64,000 bases of DNA, from positions 1-64,000 of IMG/VR virus record IMGVR_UViG_3300030107_006096. One strand, written 5' to 3'. The DNA is from a virus. The position numbers and the translations under genes were made by a program. Below, in pieces: positions 19,647 to 31,097 of this stretch; the stretch's first letter is position 1, and each line of letters starts with the position of its first letter. Below the pieces are notes generated by a model, which saw nothing but the letters and a program-made list of their open reading frames with translations, was not told the origin of the DNA and did no database searches.

Positions 19647-22600
19647 TGGCAATGTACGGACAAAATGATTGGGGATATGATCCCTCAAAACATAATTTAT
19701 TTATGTATGGTCCTGCTGATTGGAATTCAGAGCTTGATATCCAAAAAGTCATAGGTTGGAATCCAGAAAATAATTTTATGCAAAATGGATATGATTTTTC
19801 TTGCATTCAAGTAAGAAATAGAGGCCACAATACATATCACCAAATGGGAAAGTACGGTCCTCTTCACCCTTGCGGGACTCAAGGCAATTACTGCATTGAA
19901 CAAACAGATGACTACCCAATGACCCTGCCCAGACTTACTGCAATATCAGATCGTTGGTTAGTTGGTGTTCATCACTTTACTGTTCCTTATGTTTGCAGAG
20001 AGCAGATGGGCTTAGATCCAGAGGATTGGACTGTAGAATTTTTAAATCCAGCAGGTGAAAGAATAACAAAAAGAATAGATGTTGTTAGGTTAATGGCTAC
20101 TGCAACCGATGATTGTCGGCAAGCATCGACATGGGGCGGAGCGGGAAATCAATGTGCTTCTCAGTGTCCTGAAAATGTTTGCAATCTTCCTACTGGAGTT
20201 ATAGATGCAGAACATCAAAGTTTGGCTGTAAAAGTAAATTGTCAGAGAGATATGTGTTTGATTAGATTGAAAGATCCTATCTTGCCTGGGGATGGAATTA
20301 CTCCTGCTTCTATTCCAGATGATACATTTATAAAAAAATGGTTCTTTGATCCATCAAATGACTATGAAAGATACCCTCCACATTTACAAAGAACCAATAG
20401 AAGTATGGTTGCAGTTGATCAACATTTCAGAACAGGAATTCTTCATCCTGTATTGAATTATTATGAGGGCCTTCAGCAAACTGAGTTGTGTGATGGAACT
20501 GTTGTGCCTCAAGGTCGATATAGTGAGAGATTTGATCTTGGATATAGCAACTATGATTATACTCCTCGCTCTGCGGGTGGTTCTAATCAGTCAGGTTCTA
20601 GTATAGACTATCGACAACTTTATACAGGGGATCCAGATGACGCAGAACAGAGCGAAGTTCATATTGGGAACGATGCTCATTTATCTGATTATACTCTTAG
20701 AGATAATATGAACAGCTTTTATAAAGGAGACTCTAGTAGCCCTATCTTTTATCCTCTTCCTAATGGTGAGCTAGTATTTATGGGATGTCTCACCTTTTCT
20801 AATAGTTTCGAAATACTCGGAGCAAGTAGAGGTTTTGTTGATGCATTATCTGTTATTTGTGGTGAGCATGGGGATACTTTGCCAAAGATAGTAACTGAAA
20901 ATACTGATTTGTCTTCAAAGACTCAACCATCTAACATTGATGGTTATAGAATATATAAGTCTTCCATATCAAAAGATGGACCTTTTTATGATATAACCAA
21001 TCAATACAATGGAGCAGACTCTTATGGTCTAGGGAGTAGAACAATTTGTGAGAATTATTCCGGAGTCCCTTGTCGAAGATTAGGAAAAGATTTTGTAGAT
21101 CTTAACGTGGTTCCGGGAGAAACTTATCACTACTATACAACAAGTGTAAATGTATTTGATTCTAGCAATTCAATTTACGAAAGTAATCCAAGTCAAGTTG
21201 TGAGCATCACTGTTCCATCAACGAAATCAGGATTAGTCAATCAAGGAAATTATCGTAACATATTTGATCCAGATGATGGAAACTCTTCAAGTTCAGATCA
21301 TATTATTTATGATGACGGAATCGTACCAATAGAAAATACATATGCAACATACTTTGATTTAATTGAAGGGTATAGATTGGGAAATAATAACCTATCAATT
21401 CCTTTCTTTGGTTTTGTAAATCCTTTTGAAAGTCCTTTACAGCCTGGCGTAGATCATACGAACTTCCCATTATACTATAGAATATCCGGAGACGATCTAA
21501 ACTACGATCCTATTGGTATTCCAATGCCAACTGATCCAACATCATATCAATATATCATGGGATATTCTCATGAAACTGACAGTGATATTACTGGTATTGA
21601 TTATGAATCTAATTATAAGTTAGCATTGGGATCTTCAAATCAAAATGGTCTTGCATTAATTAATTATCTAGATTCAATAGAAACTTTATGGTTGACAAGA
21701 AATTTTCCAAATCCAAATAATGAAAATCTTAGGAGTAAACTTGAACCTTACTACCATTCAAAAATTCATTTTAGCAACATCAAAAATCTTAAAAAGTTAG
21801 TAATTAATCCAGCTAGATATGGAAACGGAAGAAACGATTATGGAGAGGATTGGTCATATAGTGGTTCTTCTTCTCAGGGGGACTCGCCCGAAACATACTT
21901 AGGTTACTATAGTGGAGTATACTTAGAAAATGATATCGATATACTTGGTAACTTAGAAGTTTTAATTGCTAGAGATTCAAATCTAGATACCTCCTTCCAA
22001 AGCATGGAATATTTTAATTTCTATGACTTAAAATCCGTAAAGCATTTGGACTTGTCAAACAACAAATTGTATGTTGTTGATTATGATATTGACTCCACAC
22101 ATGGCATACACAATTTAGAAAAATTATATCTAAACAACAATAAAATAGGATCAAACAGTACAGCATGGATAGAGGACTCAGCATATCCCGATCAAAATGA
22201 TTCTATGCCTTTGTTTACACAATCTTTTAGTAATTTAAATATATGTGACGTTAGTAACAACGACATAAGAACTTTAAATAATACAACTGATATAGATACC
22301 GAAGAAACATTTATGGAAAATTTAAATGCTTCTAGTAATCCAAGACTAGGAATAGACGGAGAGTTTTTGATGAAATCTCCAAACTTGAAATACTTAAATT
22401 TAAACTCTACAAATCTTCAACAAGGGGTAAGAATTAAGAATGCTTCTAATCTAGAATTTGCCACAATCAAAGGTGGTCAACTTAGAAGGTTATCAGTTTC
22501 TTCTAATACAAGACCAGATACATTTTCAAATCTTGAGCATTTAATTCTAGGATCATCAAATGCAGAGTTCACAACATTAAACTTGAGATACGGTAATGGA

Positions 22601-23011
22601 AACAATCCTCAAGGCGAATATGCAGCCGCAGGAGGAGAGGGAAATTATTACGACTATGGTTTTTCGACATATAATTTAAGATCATTAGATGTTTCCGATT
22701 GTCCTACACTACAAAGTTTACATTTACCGCATTCAAGTGACTCTTACAGTGATGTTGCGAAAAAATACTTAGAAGTAGTTAACATTAGTAATACTAAATT
22801 AGGACTGCAAGCATCATTAGATTCCTTTATGGATAATGAAGCATTTTCTCCTACAAATTATCCATCGGGTCATGTTTTAGAAGTAATAGCAAAAAATGTT
22901 AAAGATGTAAGTAATAATCCTTGTTATTTGTCTAATGGAAAGTATAATGAATTGATTTCTGCCTGGGCTTCTACAGGGAGAACTATATTGTTAACCATTG
23001 ATGTTTTATAA
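19646..23011 (+). CDS. Multidomain protein: trypsin-like serine protease + partial FN3 + leucine-rich repeats
   Basis: AISDRWLVGVHHF (His), RDMCLIRL (Asp), GDSSSP (Ser); GYRIYKS...FVD.NV.PG.TY.Y...ES.PS (FN3); repeated LxxLxLxxNxL. TAATG overlap with the upstream gene. Confidence 0.65.
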   Translation: MAMYGQNDWGYDPSKHNLFMYGPADWNSELDIQKVIGWNPENNFMQNGYDFSCIQVRNRGHNTYHQMGKYGPLHPCGTQGNYCIEQTDDYPMTLPRLTAISDRWLVGVHHFTVPYVCREQMGLDPEDWTVEFLNPAGERITKRIDVVRLMATATDDCRQASTWGGAGNQCASQCPENVCNLPTGVIDAEHQSLAVKVNCQRDMCLIRLKDPILPGDGITPASIPDDTFIKKWFFDPSNDYERYPPHLQRTNRSMVAVDQHFRTGILHPVLNYYEGLQQTELCDGTVVPQGRYSERFDLGYSNYDYTPRSAGGSNQSGSSIDYRQLYTGDPDDAEQSEVHIGNDAHLSDYTLRDNMNSFYKGDSSSPIFYPLPNGELVFMGCLTFSNSFEILGASRGFVDALSVICGEHGDTLPKIVTENTDLSSKTQPSNIDGYRIYKSSISKDGPFYDITNQYNGADSYGLGSRTICENYSGVPCRRLGKDFVDLNVVPGETYHYYTTSVNVFDSSNSIYESNPSQVVSITVPSTKSGLVNQGNYRNIFDPDDGNSSSSDHIIYDDGIVPIENTYATYFDLIEGYRLGNNNLSIPFFGFVNPFESPLQPGVDHTNFPLYYRISGDDLNYDPIGIPMPTDPTSYQYIMGYSHETDSDITGIDYESNYKLALGSSNQNGLALINYLDSIETLWLTRNFPNPNNENLRSKLEPYYHSKIHFSNIKNLKKLVINPARYGNGRNDYGEDWSYSGSSSQGDSPETYLGYYSGVYLENDIDILGNLEVLIARDSNLDTSFQSMEYFNFYDLKSVKHLDLSNNKLYVVDYDIDSTHGIHNLEKLYLNNNKIGSNSTAWIEDSAYPDQNDSMPLFTQSFSNLNICDVSNNDIRTLNNTTDIDTEETFMENLNASSNPRLGIDGEFLMKSPNLKYLNLNSTNLQQGVRIKNASNLEFATIKGGQLRRLSVSSNTRPDTFSNLEHLILGSSNAEFTTLNLRYGNGNNPQGEYAAAGGEGNYYDYGFSTYNLRSLDVSDCPTLQSLHLPHSSDSYSDVAKKYLEVVNISNTKLGLQASLDSFMDNEAFSPTNYPSGHVLEVIAKNVKDVSNNPCYLSNGKYNELISAWASTGRTILLTIDVL

Positions 23012-23021
23012 TGGAGTTGAA

Positions 23022-23495
23022 ATGGAAGATAAAAATTTTAAGAATTCATCGTTTAAAGAAAAACTAGGAATGGCAAAAAGTTTTGCTCAGTCAGTAATTT
23101 CTAGGGGAATCACCAACAAAAAAGTAGATGCTACCACAAAACAGTTAAGGGTTATTAGTTGTTTTGGTGATGGGGGAGAACTCGTTCCATGTGAGTATCT
23201 AAGAGAAAGTAAAGAAGATTCCACTAAAAGTTTTTGTGGTGGTTGTGGCTGCGGAGATAGAAAAGGAACTTGGTTAAACGCTGATGCTTCTGAGTATAGT
23301 AAATTAGATTACCCAAAAGTTTCTTGTCCCTTACAAATGCCTGGTTTCACTAACTACGAAGAAAGTGAACCCGACGAAGCAGAAGAGCCAGTTACCAGAA
23401 GATACTATATTGAAAAAATGGAAATTGAAAGAATATCTAAAGTAAAGGTATCGCTGCCTGATCCCCCAAAACAGGAAAAGAAAGAGTCTGACTGA
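23022..23495 (+). CDS. Small Cys-motif protein (C..C..CGGCGC..CP), possibly metal-binding
   Basis: GGAG RBS favours ATG 23022 over the track start 22998; motifs SCFG, PCEYL, FCGGCGCGD, SCPL. Confidence 0.6.
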   Translation: MEDKNFKNSSFKEKLGMAKSFAQSVISRGITNKKVDATTKQLRVISCFGDGGELVPCEYLRESKEDSTKSFCGGCGCGDRKGTWLNADASEYSKLDYPKVSCPLQMPGFTNYEESEPDEAEEPVTRRYYIEKMEIERISKVKVSLPDPPKQEKKESD

Positions 23496-23515
23496 AAAAT
23501 AGGGTTGCTCCAACT

Positions 23516-23523
23516 TATACATA
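23516..23523 (+). promoter_or_regulatory. Late promoter variant TATACATA upstream of gp13
   Basis: One mismatch to TATAAATA; intergenic, before the CAGGAG RBS. Confidence 0.6.
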
Positions 23524-23544
23524 ATATGAAAACAGGAGTTTCAT

Positions 23545-24351
23545 ATGGCAACCCCAAACTCAGTAGATTCTCTAATTGATTACTGTTTCAGACGATTGGG
23601 AGATCCAGTAGTCGATATAAATGTTGACAGGCAGCAAGCAGAAGAACGTGTTGAAGATGCTTTGGATTTCTTTGCTGAAAGACATTTTGATGGAGTTGAA
23701 AGACATTACTATAAGTATAAAGTAACTTCCGACGACATCACAAATGGTTATATAGACACTTCAGGATTGACTGCTGGCAGCGGTGCAGGCTATACGGCTG
23801 CACCAGCAGGTGATAAAATTTTATCCGTCGTGAGGGTATATCCATTTGGAAGTCAAACTAAAAACATGTTTAGTGTTCGATACCAAATGTCTCTTCAGGA
23901 TTATTTTGGTGTCAATCGTGGATTGAATGCTAGTAGTTCTATGGGAATCGCTAGTTTTGATTCTGCAAAAAGATTTATTAGTCTTGTAGAACAAATGTTT
24001 AATCCTGAAAAGCAGTTTAGATTTAGTAAAGTTACAAATAGACTATACATTGATATGGATTGGGATGAAGATATTGATGCAGGCGATTTCATAGTATTTG
24101 AGGCTTATTCTTTATTGAACGCAACAACATTCACTGAAATTTACAATGACAGGTTATTAAAAGAATATGTTACCTCTTTAATAAAACGTCAGTGGGGAGC
24201 AAATCTTTCTAAGTTTGAAGGTGTTCAATTGCCGGGTGGAGTTACTGTAAGGGGCGGAGAACTATTTAGAGAAGCACAGGAAGAGATTCAGAGAATAGAA
24301 GAGAGAGTTCTTTTAGAGTATGAATTACCCCCTGATTTCATGGTTGGATAA
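23545..24351 (+). CDS. gp13: Neck protein gp13
   Basis: LIDYCFRRLGDPVVDINVD, KRQWGANLSKFEGVQLPGGVT, ELPPDFMVG; synteny. Confidence 0.95.
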   Translation: MATPNSVDSLIDYCFRRLGDPVVDINVDRQQAEERVEDALDFFAERHFDGVERHYYKYKVTSDDITNGYIDTSGLTAGSGAGYTAAPAGDKILSVVRVYPFGSQTKNMFSVRYQMSLQDYFGVNRGLNASSSMGIASFDSAKRFISLVEQMFNPEKQFRFSKVTNRLYIDMDWDEDIDAGDFIVFEAYSLLNATTFTEIYNDRLLKEYVTSLIKRQWGANLSKFEGVQLPGGVTVRGGELFREAQEEIQRIEERVLLEYELPPDFMVG

Positions 24352-24355
24352 TTAA

Positions 24356-25282
24356 ATGGCAAGAAATCCCTATTTCAAAGACTATAGTGGCGAACAAGAC
24401 GTTGCGGAAGATCTGACCATTGAAACGATAAAGGCAATGGGAAGAGATATGGTTTATATACCCAGAACCATTCTCACCAAAGACGATATTTTTGGCGAAG
24501 ACATTCTTTCGAAATTTTCCGATGGATATGACATTGAAATGTACATTCAGTCTGTAGATGGTTTTGAAGGTGAAGGAGACATCATATCAAGATATGGATT
24601 GCAGGTCAAAGATAGGGTAGAACTTTTAGTTTCAAGAAGAAGATTTGAACAAGAGGTTACGACTGTCGCTGGAATTAATAGGCCGCGAGAGGGAGATTTA
24701 ATTTATTTTCCCCTAAGCAAAAGTCTTTTTGAAATTCAATTTGTTGAACACGAAAATCCTTTTTATCAACTAGGAAAACTTTACGTTTATAAATTATCAT
24801 GTGAACTGTTCCTCTATGATCAGAAACAAGAAATTGATACAGGAATCAGTGACATTGATAGTGTTGAGGACGAAAGAAAAGAATATGTTATCAAACTAAC
24901 TCTTGGAGATAGGGTCAGTGGCACGTCTTATGTAAATTACTTAGAGGGAGAGGAAGTATTTCAGGTATTGGGAGTCAATGGAGCAACTGCTGCCGACGCC
25001 ACTGCAACAGCAACAGTTATTGACTGGGACTCTACGGGCAAGATTCTTCAAATTTCAAACGTGTCAGGAACGATTGCTACTGGATCAACAGAGAGTATAA
25101 AGGGATCTTTGTCTGCAACAGAATACAAAGTTACATCGAAAGATACTACAAATATTATTGCTCCAACTGAACCAGAAAATAGTTCAATGATGGGAGATAA
25201 TGAAGATCTCGAATATGGAATTGATTTTGATAACATCTTTGACTTTACAGAAACAGATCCATTCTCGGAAGGTGATTATTAA
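24356..25282 (+). CDS. gp14: Neck protein gp14
   Basis: RPREGDLIYFP, FEIQFVEHENPFYQLGK, DFTETDPF; synteny. Confidence 0.95.
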   Translation: MARNPYFKDYSGEQDVAEDLTIETIKAMGRDMVYIPRTILTKDDIFGEDILSKFSDGYDIEMYIQSVDGFEGEGDIISRYGLQVKDRVELLVSRRRFEQEVTTVAGINRPREGDLIYFPLSKSLFEIQFVEHENPFYQLGKLYVYKLSCELFLYDQKQEIDTGISDIDSVEDERKEYVIKLTLGDRVSGTSYVNYLEGEEVFQVLGVNGATAADATATATVIDWDSTGKILQISNVSGTIATGSTESIKGSLSATEYKVTSKDTTNIIAPTEPENSSMMGDNEDLEYGIDFDNIFDFTETDPFSEGDY

Positions 25283-26166
25283 TGTTTAGATCTTTTTACA
25301 ACGAATCTATTCGAAGATTAGTGGTCGCTTTTGGATCCCTTTTCAATGATATTACTTTGAAATCTACTAACTCATCTGGCAATGAGGAAATTATAAGAGT
25401 TCCTTTATCCTATGGACCAAAAGAAAAGTTTCTTCGAAGAATAGAGGAAGCAAGTTCAATATCAGGCACATCAAAGGTGCAAATGACATTACCTAGACTT
25501 GGGTTTGATATAACAGATATTTCATATGATCCTCAAAGAAAAAGAAATACTCTGCAACAAAGAAGAGAAATATTGCCTGGAGGCACTGGAGGCCAGGCCT
25601 CATATTCATATGCTGAAGTCCCTTATAATTTTAACTTTTCTCTTTACGGTTTTGTTAAAAATATGACAGACGCTCTTCAAATGACAGAGCAAATATTGCC
25701 CTATTTTACACCAGAATTCAATGTCACAATAAGATTCAATGACATCAATAAAAAAGTAGATGTTCCAATTATATTGAACAGCGTTTCAATTGAAGAAGAC
25801 TATGAAGGAGATTTTGAATCTCGAAGAAGCATAATAACTCAATACGACTTCACGGCGAAATCATATGTATTTGGAGAGACACGAAAGAAAAATACCATTC
25901 TCTATACAGAAAATACTTTCTACAATCTTGTCGGAGATAATTATACAAGAAGTGGAGTAAGTGGTGCAATTTCAAGAGTGGATGTTGGAGTAAGTGGTGC
26001 TTCTGTTGATGGATCATATACTGGCTATACTATGAATAATTACACAACTTACACTAACATATATACAGTTGGACCCAGCGGATCAACAGTTGACGGTCAA
26101 AGATATATGGATACTTATGGAAATACATATTCGGGTGCGACGTATAATCCTCCGAATCCAACTTAG
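25282..26166 (+). CDS. gp15: Tail sheath stabilizer/tail terminator gp15
   Basis: VAFGSLFN, VPLSYGPKEKFL, EQILPYFTP, DYEGDF; Gly/Thr-rich C-terminal extension. Confidence 0.93.
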   Translation: MFRSFYNESIRRLVVAFGSLFNDITLKSTNSSGNEEIIRVPLSYGPKEKFLRRIEEASSISGTSKVQMTLPRLGFDITDISYDPQRKRNTLQQRREILPGGTGGQASYSYAEVPYNFNFSLYGFVKNMTDALQMTEQILPYFTPEFNVTIRFNDINKKVDVPIILNSVSIEEDYEGDFESRRSIITQYDFTAKSYVFGETRKKNTILYTENTFYNLVGDNYTRSGVSGAISRVDVGVSGASVDGSYTGYTMNNYTTYTNIYTVGPSGSTVDGQRYMDTYGNTYSGATYNPPNPT

Positions 26167-26173
26167 GTGAATT

Positions 26174-28319
<2,146 letters not shown>

Positions 28320-28331
28320 AAATCCCAAAGT

Positions 28332-28339
28332 TATAAATA
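28332..28339 (+). promoter_or_regulatory. T4-type late promoter TATAAATA (gp18)
   Basis: Exact consensus, intergenic; a second copy at 28244-28251 inside the gp17 3' end. Confidence 0.85.
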
Positions 28340-28396
28340 TCGTAGATAAAAGATATAATTTCCAAATGAAATGATCATTCTACAAGGAGAATTCAA

Positions 28397-30523
28397 ATGC
28401 CATTTAGTGTTAGCCCTAGTGTTACCGTAACAGAACTAGATCAAAGTTCAATCATCCCTCAAATCGCAACCACAACTGGTGCATTCGTGGGAAGATTTGA
28501 CAAAGGTCCCGTGGATAAAATCGTCGATATTTCAAGCGAGAAAGAACTTTTCGCAATTTTCGGAAAACCATCAGCAGGAGAAAGAGGAACAGACTGGTGG
28601 ACATGCGCCAACTTCTTAAACTACAGCGATAAATTAAAGGTCGTTAGAGTTGATGAAGGTGGGGATCAATATAGCACGGCATTGGGCGGCGGTGTTGGTT
28701 TGACTGCCGGTCGTCCTGCGGCACTTCAAGGAATAACCACTGGAGGAGTAACAACTCTTCCTAGAGTAGAATTTAAAGAACCGGGACAAATAGGAAATAG
28801 TTTAAGATTAGTTGTTTTCCCTGCCGGTGCAGGAGATCCTACTATTCTTTCTGGTACTGGTATTCGATCAGCAGCAGGAGGTATTGGAAATATTGGAAGT
28901 GTTGCAGATTGGAATACTGGCGGAACTGACACCTTTTCTGCCGGCGTCATGGTGAATCCTCTGGGTGGTTTCTATGCTCCCACTGATACTGATCTTTTCT
29001 CCTATAGACCGACAACAACGGGAGAAGTATATAAATCTCATAGAAATGGAATTTTAGCATCTGGAGTTAACAACACCACGAACGGCGCAACTATGGATGA
29101 AGTTCATATTGCTCTTATTGATGAGAAGGGCTTGATTGCTTCGAATGAAGGAATTACTGGAACAGTCCTTGAAAAATGGGAAGGTCTCTCTATGTGGAGA
29201 GGTGTTTACGACGGTGCAGGTAAAAACATCTACTATAAAGATGTAATCAATAATGAATCTAATTACATTACAATCGAAGAGGATATTGATAAGAGTTTGT
29301 TTGTAGCACAACATAAGCGTGGCAATGATCTGCCTTGGATAGGCGAAGATTCTACTTTTGGTCATGCAGTAACCGGCCACACGTTCTCAAATAACGATCC
29401 ATTGTGGAGTCCCGGCACTACTTTCATGCCGATGCTTCAGTTCTCTGACATGTATACTAATGCGGGTGACAGTGTTAATCATAATGGCATATCCGCAGGT
29501 TATACTGCTTCACCATTAGCATATAATGTAGTATTCAGTGGTGGTCTAGATAGTGGAATCACTTGGCCATATGAAGGTGCAGGAACCGACAAGGGTAGTG
29601 GATTGTTCAATCCGCATCTGGCTGCGATTAAGAACGCATACAGAAAGCACTTTAGAGATTCAGAACAAGTTGATATAGATTTGATTCTCGGTGGTGCCGC
29701 TGGAAAGATTCTTTCGGCAGATCTCATTGATATAGCAGAACATAGAAAAGATTGTGTCGCGTTTATCTCACCTCCAATTTCACCAACTGAAACCGAATAT
29801 AATTCTGTGGTTTACCAGTCAGAATTACATGGTTTCTCAGGACCTACAAATATCATTAATTATAGAAACGCAAATAACTTAAATTCATCTTACGCAGTAA
29901 TGGACACTGGATGGAAGTATATGTTTGATTCATATAACGGATTCTTCCGATGGGTTCCATTGAATGCAGATGTTGCTGGACTTTGTGCAAGAACTGAAAA
30001 TACACAGGAAGCATGGTTCTCTCCTGCTGGATTTAATAGAGGAAGAGTTCAGGGTGTAGTCAAACTTGCAATCAATCCAGATAAAGCTGAACGAGATAGA
30101 CTGTATGCCGCAGGAATTAATCCTGTAGTTTCTTTCCCCGGAGAAGGAACAGTATTGTTTGGTGATAAGACTCTACAAAGAAGACCAAGTGCATTGGATA
30201 GAATTAATGTACGAAGGTTGATGATTCACTTGGAGAAAGCAATCGCTACTGCTGCCAAGTTCCAACTCTTTGAGTTTAACGATGTCTTCACTCGAAGATC
30301 TTTCGTTAGCACGATCACTCCTTTCTTAAGAAGAGTTCAAGCGAAGAGAGGAATTACAGACTTTAGAGTTGTATGTGATGAAACAAACAATGATACTTCT
30401 GTTATCGAAAATAATCAATTCGTAGCAGACATATTCATCAAACCAGCAATGTCAATCAACTTTATAAATCTGAACTTCGTGGCTGTTCGACAAGATGCAA
30501 CTTTCACAGAATCTACTACCTGA
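28397..30523 (+). CDS. gp18: Tail sheath protein gp18
   Basis: SPSVTVTELD, WFSPAGFNRG, FGDKT, DRINVRRL, VVCDETNN. Confidence 0.97.
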   Translation: MPFSVSPSVTVTELDQSSIIPQIATTTGAFVGRFDKGPVDKIVDISSEKELFAIFGKPSAGERGTDWWTCANFLNYSDKLKVVRVDEGGDQYSTALGGGVGLTAGRPAALQGITTGGVTTLPRVEFKEPGQIGNSLRLVVFPAGAGDPTILSGTGIRSAAGGIGNIGSVADWNTGGTDTFSAGVMVNPLGGFYAPTDTDLFSYRPTTTGEVYKSHRNGILASGVNNTTNGATMDEVHIALIDEKGLIASNEGITGTVLEKWEGLSMWRGVYDGAGKNIYYKDVINNESNYITIEEDIDKSLFVAQHKRGNDLPWIGEDSTFGHAVTGHTFSNNDPLWSPGTTFMPMLQFSDMYTNAGDSVNHNGISAGYTASPLAYNVVFSGGLDSGITWPYEGAGTDKGSGLFNPHLAAIKNAYRKHFRDSEQVDIDLILGGAAGKILSADLIDIAEHRKDCVAFISPPISPTETEYNSVVYQSELHGFSGPTNIINYRNANNLNSSYAVMDTGWKYMFDSYNGFFRWVPLNADVAGLCARTENTQEAWFSPAGFNRGRVQGVVKLAINPDKAERDRLYAAGINPVVSFPGEGTVLFGDKTLQRRPSALDRINVRRLMIHLEKAIATAAKFQLFEFNDVFTRRSFVSTITPFLRRVQAKRGITDFRVVCDETNNDTSVIENNQFVADIFIKPAMSINFINLNFVAVRQDATFTESTT

Positions 30524-30528
30524 TAGAG

Positions 30529-30536
30529 TATAAATA
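30529..30536 (+). promoter_or_regulatory. Late promoter TATAAATA (gp19)
   Basis: Exact consensus between gp18 and gp19. Confidence 0.85.
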
Positions 30537-30558
30537 GTAACAGTCAAGGAGAATATAA

Positions 30559-31077
30559 ATGTCAATAGATACTTTTGCTGACAAGTTTAGAGGGGGAATG
30601 AGACCTACACTCTTTAGAGTGGATGGTAACATTCCAGGCCAAAACACATCAAGTGAGGATAGAACTTTCTTCATTAAGTCATCTCAATTCCCCGCATCTA
30701 CTGTGGGTGTAATTGAAGTGCCATATAAAGGAAGAAAGATTAAAAGACCCGGAGATAGAACATTTGCTGAATGGTCAATTACTGTTTTAGCAGATGAAGC
30801 GGGAAGTATTCGAGCAGATTTTGTTCATTGGTTGGAAAGAATTAATTCCCATCAAAATATTACAGTTTCTGATAATGTAAATGATATCTTTGCTGAGTGG
30901 AGTATAACTGCTCTTGGTGTTAATGATCAACCATTAGATACAATTACACTTGTGAGATGCTTCCCAACAGAAGTTGGAGCAATGGATTTCAGTTACGAAA
31001 CTACAGATTCGGTAGCAGAGTTTACTGTAACGCTGCAATACGATTACTGGTTAGGCGGCGGTGCAGCCGGCTCCTGA
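30559..31077 (+). CDS. gp19: Tail tube protein gp19
   Basis: GGMRPTLFRV, PGDRTFAEW, EFTVTLQYDYW. Confidence 0.95.
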   Translation: MSIDTFADKFRGGMRPTLFRVDGNIPGQNTSSEDRTFFIKSSQFPASTVGVIEVPYKGRKIKRPGDRTFAEWSITVLADEAGSIRADFVHWLERINSHQNITVSDNVNDIFAEWSITALGVNDQPLDTITLVRCFPTEVGAMDFSYETTDSVAEFTVTLQYDYWLGGGAAGS

Positions 31078-31097
31078 TTAATTGAAAGGTTTACATT

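Noticed and set aside
1-23500. Eukaryotic or giant-virus contamination for the Cys-rich/LRR region
   Set aside because: Genes have Shine-Dalgarno sites, T4-type late boxes and overlaps, and run co-directionally into gp13.
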